This document shows, piece by piece, positions 8,151 through 15,982 of a stretch of 64,000 nucleotides of DNA. The stretch covers positions 1,297 through 65,296 of the forward strand of contig DAOVPY010000003.1 in assembly GCA_030628945.1 (NCBI GenBank). Direction: 5' to 3'. A model generated the notes under the pieces. That model was not told the DNA's origin and searched no databases. It saw only the letters and a program-made list of their open reading frames with translations. Source of the DNA: Candidatus Nealsonbacteria bacterium. Its GTDB lineage: Bacteria; Patescibacteriota; Minisyncoccia; Minisyncoccales; DAOVPY01. The translations under genes and the position numbers were made by a program. The first letter of the stretch is position 1, and each line of letters begins with the position of its first letter.

Positions 8151-9359
8151 ATGAAAATTTTATTAGTTATTATAGATGGCCTTGGAGACAGGCCCATTGC
8201 GAAGTTGGGTGATAGGACGCCGCTGGACGCGGCGAAAACACCGAATTTGGATTATATGGCAAAGCAAGGAGTTTGCGGTTTAATAACTCCTTTTTTGTTT
8301 TCGCAGGAGAAAGAACCAACTTCAGAAGGCGCTCACATCGCCTTGTTCGGCTATCAAAATTATTTTTTAGGCAGGGGACCCTATGAAGCTGTTGGAGCGG
8401 GGATGAAAATGAACGCCGGAGACGTTGCCTTGCGGGTGAATTTTGCCACGGTAGATAAGAATTTTAAAATTATTGACCGGCGAGCCGGAAGAATAGAAAA
8501 AACCCAACCATTGATAAAAGCATTGTCAAAAATAAAGATTAAAGGGGTGAAATTTTTAATCAAAAGATCTTTTGGCCACCGCGCCGTTTTGCTTTTGAAG
8601 TGTTTAAGGTTGAACCTTAAACAGCTGTCATCGGGGATTTCAGACAACGATTCTCATAAAAATAAAGTAAAAATTAAAAAAATTATTCCCTTGAATCAAT
8701 CAAGAGAAGCGAAATTCACTGCTGATGTTTTGAGTGAATATTTAGCCAGAGTCCATCATATATTAAAAGACCATTTTTTGAACAGAAAAAGGGAAAAACA
8801 AGGGCTTTTGCCGGCTAATTATCTTTTAGTCAGGGGCGCCGGCAAGTTCAAAAAAACTCCAAGTTTCAAAGAGAGATATAATTTAAGCGCTGCTTGCGTT
8901 GCCGGCGGCGGATTATACAAGGGCGTGGCAAAAATTTTAGGAATGGATTTGATTAAAGTTAAAGGCGCGACCGGTATGGCAGACACCAACCTCAAAGCAA
9001 AATTTCGTGTGGCGAAAAACGCGTTAAGAAAATATAACTTTGTGTTTCTTCATATTAAAGCGACAGACACTTTTGCCCACGACAATGATTTTATCGGTAA
9101 GAAAAAATTTATAGAAAAAATTGACAAAAATATAAAATCTATTTTATGTCTGAAAAATGCTCTTATCGTAATTACGGCAGACCATTCCACTTGCTGTAAT
9201 ATGAAAGCTCATTGCCTTGAACCAATACCGATCTTGATTTTTGGCGATGGAAAAGACAATGTTTCTCAATTTTCCGAGCGTACTTGCGCAAAAGGCAATT
9301 TCAAAAAAATAAAACAAACAGATTTAATGCCAAAAATTTTAAAACTGGCAAAAATTTGA
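8151..9359 (+). CDS. apgM: 2,3-bisphosphoglycerate-independent phosphoglycerate mutase, archaeal type
   Basis: MKILLVIIDGLGDRPI N-terminus, HIKATDTFAHD, ITADHSTC; about 400 aa. Confidence 0.85.
   Translation: MKILLVIIDGLGDRPIAKLGDRTPLDAAKTPNLDYMAKQGVCGLITPFLFSQEKEPTSEGAHIALFGYQNYFLGRGPYEAVGAGMKMNAGDVALRVNFATVDKNFKIIDRRAGRIEKTQPLIKALSKIKIKGVKFLIKRSFGHRAVLLLKCLRLNLKQLSSGISDNDSHKNKVKIKKIIPLNQSREAKFTADVLSEYLARVHHILKDHFLNRKREKQGLLPANYLLVRGAGKFKKTPSFKERYNLSAACVAGGGLYKGVAKILGMDLIKVKGATGMADTNLKAKFRVAKNALRKYNFVFLHIKATDTFAHDNDFIGKKKFIEKIDKNIKSILCLKNALIVITADHSTCCNMKAHCLEPIPILIFGDGKDNVSQFSERTCAKGNFKKIKQTDLMPKILKLAKI
8602..8622. repeat. 9-bp perfect hairpin inside apgM
   Basis: gtttaaggt-tga-accttaaac, encoding the CLRLNLK segment within the otherwise conserved GHRAVLLLK...LSSGISDND block. 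Confidence 0.45.
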
Positions 9360-9442
9360 CAAAAATTTATAAGTGATTATAATTGAGGGTGAGGAAGAAA
9401 TACAAAAGTTTACTTTTGTATTTCAACCGAAAGAACAATTAT

Positions 9443-10186
9443 ATGATGATAAATTTATTTCAATCCAAGAAAAATTTGATATTTTTAGCAATCGGAGTTA
9501 TTGGGATTTTGGTTGTTGGCGCGGTCATTTATACTACATTGGGAAGTGAGAAAGATATTTTATCCGGCGATGAAGCCGCGGAAAAAGCCATGATTTTTAT
9601 TAATAAGAGTCTTGAGCAAAAAGGAATAACAGCTTCTTTGATAGAAATCATTGAAGAAAGGGGCTTATATAAGATAAAACTCAAGATAGAAGAAGAGGAA
9701 TTTGATACATATATTACTAAAGACGGAAAGCTTTTCTTTCCTCAGTTTATTGTTTTGGAAGAGGCGGAGAATGAGCAACCCGAACAACAAGAGCAAAAAC
9801 AAACCATTGGCAATTTTTCAATAACCGAAGACGAGATTTGCGAGGAAGATGGCAAGCCGATTGTATATTTTTTTGGTTCTGAAGGATGCCCGCATTGCGG
9901 ATGGCAACACTCTGTGATAGAGAGGGTTATGACAAAATTTGAAGGAAGCGCGGCTTTTCACAATAATATGGATTCAGATGAAGATATGGATGTATTTTCA
10001 AAATACAGCGGCGGCAGCATACCAACCTTGGTTTTGGGATGCAAGTATTACAGAGTTGGTTCCGGACAAAGAGCCGGCGAGGAAGAAGAATCTAATGCCT
10101 TAACCGCTATAATTTGCAAATTAACCCAGAATCAGCCCACTGAAGTTTGCAGCGATGTTCAGGATTTGATTAACCAAATAGAATAA
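9443..10186 (+). CDS. Membrane-anchored thioredoxin-fold protein (DsbA/thiol-disulfide oxidoreductase-like)
   Basis: N-terminal TM helix (LIFLAIGVIGILVVGAVIY) and a C-terminal Trx fold with CPHC. The ATG at 9443 is preferred over the TTG at 9383. Confidence 0.65.
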   Translation: MMINLFQSKKNLIFLAIGVIGILVVGAVIYTTLGSEKDILSGDEAAEKAMIFINKSLEQKGITASLIEIIEERGLYKIKLKIEEEEFDTYITKDGKLFFPQFIVLEEAENEQPEQQEQKQTIGNFSITEDEICEEDGKPIVYFFGSEGCPHCGWQHSVIERVMTKFEGSAAFHNNMDSDEDMDVFSKYSGGSIPTLVLGCKYYRVGSGQRAGEEEESNALTAIICKLTQNQPTEVCSDVQDLINQIE

Positions 10187-10189
10187 TTT

Positions 10190-11086
10190 ATGCATATCAT
10201 AGGCATTGATATTGGGGCGACTAATACAAGATTTGTTTTGTTGAAAGATTTAGTTGTTTTAAGAAGCCGAAAGATTTCTACGCCGAAGACCAAAAAAGAA
10301 ATAATTGAAGTTCTTGAGAAAAATATCAGAGAAATAGCCATAAAGCCCGGTCTTTCTAAAATTTTTGGAATTGGAATCGGGGTTCCCGGTCCACTTAATA
10401 AAAAAAGAGATTTAATTCTTAATCCGCCGAATCTAATAGGGCTCAAAAATTGCGCTTTGCCTGAAATTATTGAAAAAGATTTGAATATAAAAACTAAGAT
10501 AGAAAACGACGCTAATTGTTTTATTTTGGCAGAAGCAAGAACAGGAGTTGGAAAAGGCGCCGAGATAGTTGTTGGAATTACTCTTGGCAGCGGATTAGGC
10601 AGCGGAATAGTGGTAGGGGACAGAATATATCAGGGCTTTTTTGGAAACGCCGGAGAAATAGGACATATGACAATCAAGTTTGACGGTTTGAAATGCAGCT
10701 GCGGAAGTATTGGTTGTTTTGAAGAATACGCTTCTCAGAAATATATAAAACGAAGAACAAGAATTTCCGCGCAAGAATTAAATAAATTAGCCGTAAAAGG
10801 AGACAAGTCGGCTCAAAAGATTTGGCAAGAATTTGGGAGAAATTTAGGAATTGGATTGGCAAATATTATTAACATTTTAGATCCGGAAGTGATTGTAATC
10901 GGCGGCGGGATTTCAGGGGCAAATAAATTTTTTATGAAATCAGCAAGAAAAGAAATTCAAAAAAGAGTTCTTTCGCCAATATCCAAGAAAAATGTTAAAA
11001 TAAAAATAACCAAGTTTAAGGGTTTTGCCGGAGCGATCGGCGCCACCCTGTTATTTAATCATTATGAAAAAAGTTCGTGTTTTTAG
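10190..11086 (+). CDS. glk: ROK-family glucokinase
   Basis: IGIDIGATNTR, GEIGHM and the zinc motif CSCGSIGCFE. Confidence 0.85.
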   Translation: MHIIGIDIGATNTRFVLLKDLVVLRSRKISTPKTKKEIIEVLEKNIREIAIKPGLSKIFGIGIGVPGPLNKKRDLILNPPNLIGLKNCALPEIIEKDLNIKTKIENDANCFILAEARTGVGKGAEIVVGITLGSGLGSGIVVGDRIYQGFFGNAGEIGHMTIKFDGLKCSCGSIGCFEEYASQKYIKRRTRISAQELNKLAVKGDKSAQKIWQEFGRNLGIGLANIINILDPEVIVIGGGISGANKFFMKSARKEIQKRVLSPISKKNVKIKITKFKGFAGAIGATLLFNHYEKSSCF

Positions 11087-11303
11087 CACCAGCAGCTGTC
11101 CATACTGCGTTACTCTCAAAGAATTCTTGAAAGAGAACAATATTGAGTTTGAGGATATTGACGTTGCCCAGGACGCTGAAGCAAGGGAAGAAATGATTAA
11201 AAAATCAGGCCAGATGGGAGTGCCTGTTCTTGAGATAGACGACGAGATTGTGGTGGGGTTTGACAGGGAGAGAATTTCGCAATTGTTGGATATTAAGGAC
11301 TAA
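11064..11303 (+). CDS. Glutaredoxin-like protein (NrdH/YruB type)
   Basis: 79 aa with CPYC near the N-terminus and GVPVLEIDDEIVVGFD. The start MKKVRVF overlaps the glk 3' end. Confidence 0.8.
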   Translation: MKKVRVFSTSSCPYCVTLKEFLKENNIEFEDIDVAQDAEAREEMIKKSGQMGVPVLEIDDEIVVGFDRERISQLLDIKD

Positions 11304-11331
11304 GAAAATTTTATAATTTAAAATTATTTTT

Positions 11332-12342
11332 ATGGCAATAAAAATCGCTATAAATGGTTTTGGCCGAATTGGCCGATTAGTTCTCAAACGAATAATTGAT
11401 GAGCATCCTGATTTGGAAGTGGCTGCGATTAATGATTTGACAGAGCCAAAAATTTTGGCCCATCTTTTGAAATACGATTCGGTTTACGGAATTTATCAAA
11501 AGCCGGTAGAATTTACTGAAAATTCTCTTATAGTGCATAAAAAAGAAATTAAAATTTTTCAGGAAAAAGACCCGGGCAATTTACCTTGGAAAAAATTAGG
11601 CGTAGATGTTGTTTTTGAATGCACCGGAATTTTCAGGAAATCCGAAGACGCAAAAAAACACATTAAAGCCGGAGCGAAAAAAGTTATAATTTCGGCACCC
11701 GGTAAGAGTCCGGAAATTCCGTCTTTTATTTTAGGCATCAATGCCCAGGATTTTGACCCGAAAAAACACGAGATTATGGATATGGGCTCCTGCACAACCA
11801 ATTGTCTGGCGCCGGTAGCAAAGGTCTTGAACGATAATTTCAAAATTGTTTCAGGGTTTATGACCACTATCCACAGTTATACCAGCGATCAAAAACTTTT
11901 AGACCTGCCGCACAAAGATTTGCGCAGGGCAAGGGCAGCGGCTTTAAATATTATTCCGACCACTACCGGAGCCACAAAAGCAATCGGCAAAGTAATCCCT
12001 GGATTGCAGGGAAAATTAGACGGAATTGCCTTGAGAGTGCCAACTCCAAACGTTTCGGTGGTTGATTTGGTTTGTTCAGTGGAAAAAAAGACCAATAGCG
12101 AAGAAGTGAACAACGTTCTCAAAAAAGCGCGCGAGCAGGATAATTTCAAGGGAATTTTAGATGTAGAGGAAAAACCTTTGGTTTCTTCTGATTACATTGG
12201 CAATTCTTTTTCCTCTATTGTTGACGCCAGTTTGACAATGGCGCAGGATAATTTAGTGAAAGTGGTTGCCTGGTACGACAATGAATTCGGCTACGCCTGT
12301 CGTTTAGTGGAGTTTGCGGAATTCATCGGCAAGAAATTGTAG
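11332..12342 (+). CDS. gap: Type I glyceraldehyde-3-phosphate dehydrogenase
   Basis: INGFGRIGR, SCTTNCLAP, WYDNEFGY. Confidence 0.95.
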   Translation: MAIKIAINGFGRIGRLVLKRIIDEHPDLEVAAINDLTEPKILAHLLKYDSVYGIYQKPVEFTENSLIVHKKEIKIFQEKDPGNLPWKKLGVDVVFECTGIFRKSEDAKKHIKAGAKKVIISAPGKSPEIPSFILGINAQDFDPKKHEIMDMGSCTTNCLAPVAKVLNDNFKIVSGFMTTIHSYTSDQKLLDLPHKDLRRARAAALNIIPTTTGATKAIGKVIPGLQGKLDGIALRVPTPNVSVVDLVCSVEKKTNSEEVNNVLKKAREQDNFKGILDVEEKPLVSSDYIGNSFSSIVDASLTMAQDNLVKVVAWYDNEFGYACRLVEFAEFIGKKL

Positions 12343-12412
12343 TTATTCGTAGGTATTTTTCTGAAATTTTACTAAAATAAGAACATAGCAAAGCTATAAC
12401 CTTCTTTTCTGC

Positions 12413-12454
12413 GTTCGCTCGGAAGTCCGAACGAGCAAGCTCATTCGGACTTCT
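12413..12454 (+). promoter_or_regulatory. Mutually exclusive hairpins upstream of a surface-protein gene
   Basis: The pairings gttcg/cgaac (12413-17 / 12428-32) and gaagtccgaa/ttcggacttc (12422-31 / 12445-54) share bases. Confidence 0.35.
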
Positions 12455-12479
12455 CTCGCTCGCTTGAAAATAAAATAAT

Positions 12480-13535
12480 ATGGCAAAGCAAATTTCATAC
12501 AAAATTATCCCTCTGTGTTTAGGCGTTCTGACAGTTTCCTTGCTGCTCGGTTATATTGTCCTGGCCTGGACAGAGCCAACAATGAGTCCTCCCGGCGGCA
12601 ATATGGCTCCGCCTCTCCGTTTGATAAACGGAGCAGTATCTTTAACCGACGCCACTCATTCCGAAGGAAATCTTACAAATGTTAACGCAATAATAGGTTA
12701 CAATGATCTATTTCTCAAAGGAAACTCAGCTGAAACATCTCCGGTTTATCTCGCTGGCAATGAAATCAAGATGTATACCAGCGGAACACAGAGAATGAAG
12801 ATTGACTCCAGCGGCAATATTACTATATCCGGCGATTTGAATGTGAGTAAAGGAATCATCTTGGGCGGAGTAAAAAAAACAACATGGCCGAGCGGCGGGG
12901 GCAGTATTTTTGATTCAATAGTTTTTAATCCCCAAACAACTCCGCCGAGTAGTCCTGTAAGGGGCCAGGTATATTTTGATGCAAATTCAAACCTAATGAA
13001 GTACTACGATGGAGCCGCCTGGCAGTTTATGGACCGCGGATACCTGAGCGGCTTGATAGGTTACTCTGGAGTAACGCACACGCGCCAGCACTGCGTGAAT
13101 GCTGGCGGCATGATAACTGGAATCAGCGGCGATGGGACAAATACTGAGGTCTGCAAATTTTCTAGAAGTTCTTGCCCGAGCGGGTGGGCACGGGCTGGGA
13201 ATTGGAACACGCACGCCAGTTCAATTAACCCTGATTGTAATACAGGGGGAGATTATTGTGGAAATAATAAAACGACTTGCTGTACAGTAAATGCGTGTAA
13301 TTGGAGCAATAATGATCCGAAATGCACCTATTATTCGTACAGCAAGAGTTCCGGTGGTTGGGGTGACCGCGTTGGTTATTGCTCTTTCGGAAGAACCGGC
13401 GGCTGCGATCCTAACCGGTGGTGCGGATGCTACTACAGGCCACCTCGGGAGATTTACTGTGACACCTTTGACACCCACACGAAGTCGTATTCTGCCTTTG
13501 GTAGTACGGCTATAACAGAAATCGGCTGTAAATAA
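12480..13535 (+). CDS. Membrane-anchored surface protein, AWTEP N-terminal module plus Cys-rich GC-rich C-terminal head
   Basis: TM helix PLCLGVLTVSLLLGYIVLAWTEP. Shares two blocks with the 25973 paralogue. The C-terminal 170 aa contain many Cys, including a CPSGW motif. Confidence 0.75.
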   Translation: MAKQISYKIIPLCLGVLTVSLLLGYIVLAWTEPTMSPPGGNMAPPLRLINGAVSLTDATHSEGNLTNVNAIIGYNDLFLKGNSAETSPVYLAGNEIKMYTSGTQRMKIDSSGNITISGDLNVSKGIILGGVKKTTWPSGGGSIFDSIVFNPQTTPPSSPVRGQVYFDANSNLMKYYDGAAWQFMDRGYLSGLIGYSGVTHTRQHCVNAGGMITGISGDGTNTEVCKFSRSSCPSGWARAGNWNTHASSINPDCNTGGDYCGNNKTTCCTVNACNWSNNDPKCTYYSYSKSSGGWGDRVGYCSFGRTGGCDPNRWCGCYYRPPREIYCDTFDTHTKSYSAFGSTAITEIGCK

Positions 13536-13574
13536 CTCCTAATGGATAAAAAATGTAGTCAACTTTATTTTTCT

Positions 13575-13638
13575 CCCCGCACCTTTTGTAGACAATCTCT
13601 TTTTTTTGCGCAAAGCACGACTCACAAAAGGTGCGGGG
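13575..13638. repeat. 15-bp perfect stem with 34-nt loop
   Basis: ccccgcaccttttgt / acaaaaggtgcgggg. Confidence 0.7.
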
Positions 13639-13697
13639 TTCTGAAATTTGACCTGAAAATTTGATTAACAGGAAAAATTAGGGATGTGTATATTTTT

Positions 13698-13725
13698 AGC
13701 CATCCTCGCGGGTGGCTTTTTTTTT
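13698..13725 (+). terminator. Intrinsic terminator with no upstream ORF (orphan)
   Basis: agccatcc-tcgc-gggtggct followed by a run of 9 T. Confidence 0.65.
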
Positions 13726-13820
13726 GATTTACAAATGTAATTAGTACATAATAAAAGCAGGTATATAATAAAAGCAAGAAGCTTTAAAAGTTCTAAAATA
13801 AACAACCAATAAAAATTCCA

Positions 13821-13850
13821 CTTTTCCACTTTTGCGCAAAAGTGGAAAAG
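13821..13850. repeat. 30-nt perfect palindrome
   Basis: cttttccacttttgc|gcaaaagtggaaaag. The ccacttttg/caaaagtgg core also occurs in the hairpin at 31309. Confidence 0.75.
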
Positions 13851-13905
13851 CGACAAAATGGTTTGATGTTTGATATTAATAATCTTTTCATTTTTATTAC
13901 TTTTT

Positions 13906-13930
13906 GGCTGTCCGAAAGGACGGCTTTTTT
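13906..13930 (+). terminator. Second orphan intrinsic terminator
   Basis: ggctgtcc-gaaa-ggacggct followed by tttttt. Confidence 0.6.
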
Positions 13931-13975
13931 GTTTAGATATTTGGTGTATAATAAAAATTGATATATACTAAAATA

Positions 13976-15919
13976 ATGAGAAAAAAACTAATTAAAAAAG
14001 GAAATTTGTATTTTCCTTCCAAGGAATTCGAAAAGAGGGCGTGGGTGAATGATAAAAAGATTTACAAAGAAGCGGCAAAAAACCCGATTAAATTTTGGGA
14101 AAATTTGGCAAAACAACTTTTTTGGTTTACCCCGTTAAATAGTGCCAAAGGCAATTTAACAGGGGAACAAAAATGGAAGAAAACCTTTGTCCACAAGCCG
14201 CCGCGTTTTCAATGGTTTGTTAACGGGAAAATAAACATTACTTCAAATATCTTTGAGCGCAATTCTTTGGGCTGGGAAAGTATTAAAAATAAGCCGGCTT
14301 TAATTTGGGAGCCGGAACCGATACAGGAAAAATTCAGGACATTTACCTATGAAAAACTTTTCAGAGAAGTCAATCAATTTGCTAACGCTCTGAAAAAATT
14401 GGGAGTGAAAAAAGGAGATAGAATAGGAATTTATCTGCCAATGATTCCAGAGGCAGTGATATCAATGCTTGCCTGCGCCAGGATTGGAGCTGTTCACTCT
14501 GTTGTTTTTTCCGCTTTTTCTTCAACCGCGCTCAAAATTCGGCTTCAAGATACAGGCGCAAAAATTTTAATTACCGCAGACGGTTATTGGCGCCGGGGAA
14601 AAATTATTGATTTGAAGAAAAACGCGGATGACGGGATTAAGGGAACAAAAGTGAAAAAAGTTATTGTGGCAAAGCGAGCCGGGAATAAAGTAAAAATGGA
14701 AAAAGCAAGAGATTTTTGGTGGGAAGATTTAGCTAAAAATCAACCTGATTTTTGCGAACCAGAAATAATGGATTCCGAAGACACATTATTTATTCTTTAC
14801 ACAAGCGGTTCCACGGGCAAGCCAAAGGGCACGGTTCACGTCTGCGGCGGTTATACTGTTCAGGCAAAGTTTACCGGAAAATGGATATTTGACTGGCGCG
14901 ATGAAGATATTTTTTGGTCTACCGCTGATTTGGGCTGGATTACCGGCCATACATATAGCTGTTATTCACCCTTGCTTAATGGCGCGACTTTTCTTATTTA
15001 CGAGGGCGGGATAGATTGGCCCGAGCCGCGCAGGTGGGCGAAAATTATTGAGAAATATAAAGTAAGCGTCTTTTATACCGCGCCCACGGCCGTAAGGATG
15101 TTTGCCAAATACGGGACTGGTCTTCTTAAGGGAATTAATTTTGAGAGTTTGCGGTTATTAGGCTCGGTGGGCGAGCCGATAGATGAATCAACATGGCAAT
15201 GGTATTTCAAAAATGTTGGACAAGAAAGATGCCCTGTCGTGGATACCTGGTGGCAGACCGAAACAGGCGGGATTTTAATAACCTCTTTGCCAGGCATTGG
15301 CCCTTTTAAGCCGGCTTTTACCGGATTGCCTTTTCCGGGAATAAAATTTGATATTAAAAATGGAAATTTAGTTCTTCTTCCTCCTTTTTGTCCCGGACTT
15401 TTGCGGGGAATTTACAAAAATCCCAAAAAATATTTAGATACTTATTGGAAAAAATATGGCAAGAAGATTTACTTTACCAGCGACGCTGCCTATAAAGATA
15501 AAAATAATTTAATTCGGATTATCGGCCGAGTGGATGATGTGATAAAAACAGCCGGACATCGTTTAAGCACCGGCGAATTGGAAGACGCTGTTTCAAAACT
15601 AAAAATTATCAGCGAAAGCGCCGCAATAGGAATTTTTGATGAAATAAAAGGAGAAGCGCCGGTGATTTTTATTGTCTTGAAAAAAGCTGGAAACATTGAA
15701 GAGGTTAAAAAAGAAGTTATAATTCAGCTCAGGAAAGAAATCGGGCCCATTGCCAAGCCAAAGCAGATTTATTTGGTTGATGATTTGCCGAAAACCCGCT
15801 CAGGCAAAATTATGCGTAGAATTCTAAAAAAATTATTCACTGGCGAGGAATTAGGCGATTTGTCCACATTAGCCAACCCGAAAAGCGTAGAGAGAATCCA
15901 AAAAATAATAAAAAATTGA
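13976..15919 (+). CDS. acs: Acetyl-CoA synthetase (AMP-forming)
   Basis: YTSGSTGKPKG, WWQTETGG, and C-terminal PKTRSGKIMRR. The ATG at 13976 is preferred over the TTG at 13958. Confidence 0.9.
   Translation: MRKKLIKKGNLYFPSKEFEKRAWVNDKKIYKEAAKNPIKFWENLAKQLFWFTPLNSAKGNLTGEQKWKKTFVHKPPRFQWFVNGKINITSNIFERNSLGWESIKNKPALIWEPEPIQEKFRTFTYEKLFREVNQFANALKKLGVKKGDRIGIYLPMIPEAVISMLACARIGAVHSVVFSAFSSTALKIRLQDTGAKILITADGYWRRGKIIDLKKNADDGIKGTKVKKVIVAKRAGNKVKMEKARDFWWEDLAKNQPDFCEPEIMDSEDTLFILYTSGSTGKPKGTVHVCGGYTVQAKFTGKWIFDWRDEDIFWSTADLGWITGHTYSCYSPLLNGATFLIYEGGIDWPEPRRWAKIIEKYKVSVFYTAPTAVRMFAKYGTGLLKGINFESLRLLGSVGEPIDESTWQWYFKNVGQERCPVVDTWWQTETGGILITSLPGIGPFKPAFTGLPFPGIKFDIKNGNLVLLPPFCPGLLRGIYKNPKKYLDTYWKKYGKKIYFTSDAAYKDKNNLIRIIGRVDDVIKTAGHRLSTGELEDAVSKLKIISESAAIGIFDEIKGEAPVIFIVLKKAGNIEEVKKEVIIQLRKEIGPIAKPKQIYLVDDLPKTRSGKIMRRILKKLFTGEELGDLSTLANPKSVERIQKIIKN
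14131..14166. repeat. 36-nt (12-codon) palindromic element in frame inside acs
   Basis: The outer stem ccccgttaaat...atttaac(a)gggg is nearly identical to the ftsZ element stem; inner hairpin tgcc-aaa-ggca. Encodes PLNSAKGNLTGE. Confidence 0.65.
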
Positions 15920-15935
15920 AAATATAAATATAAGA

Positions 15936-15973
15936 TATAACACATATAGAACGGCCGTGTTATATGTGTTATA
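15936..15973. repeat. AT-rich 13-bp perfect palindrome between acs and ppsA
   Basis: tataacacatata / tatatgtgttata flank acggccgt. No T-run follows. Confidence 0.6.
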
Positions 15974-15982
15974 CAAAATTCT

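Noticed and set aside
12993-13515. Overlapping ORFs in three frames within the 3' half of the 12480 gene; the same occurs at 26164..27025 in the 25973 gene.
   Set aside because: Locally GC-rich DNA simply lacks stop codons in several frames. The long sense frames are continuous with the conserved N-terminal modules.
12480-13535. A diversity-generating retroelement targeting the Cys-rich C-terminus.
   Set aside because: The window has no reverse transcriptase gene, and I could not find a template-repeat copy of the 3' region. The idea is unsupported by this sequence.
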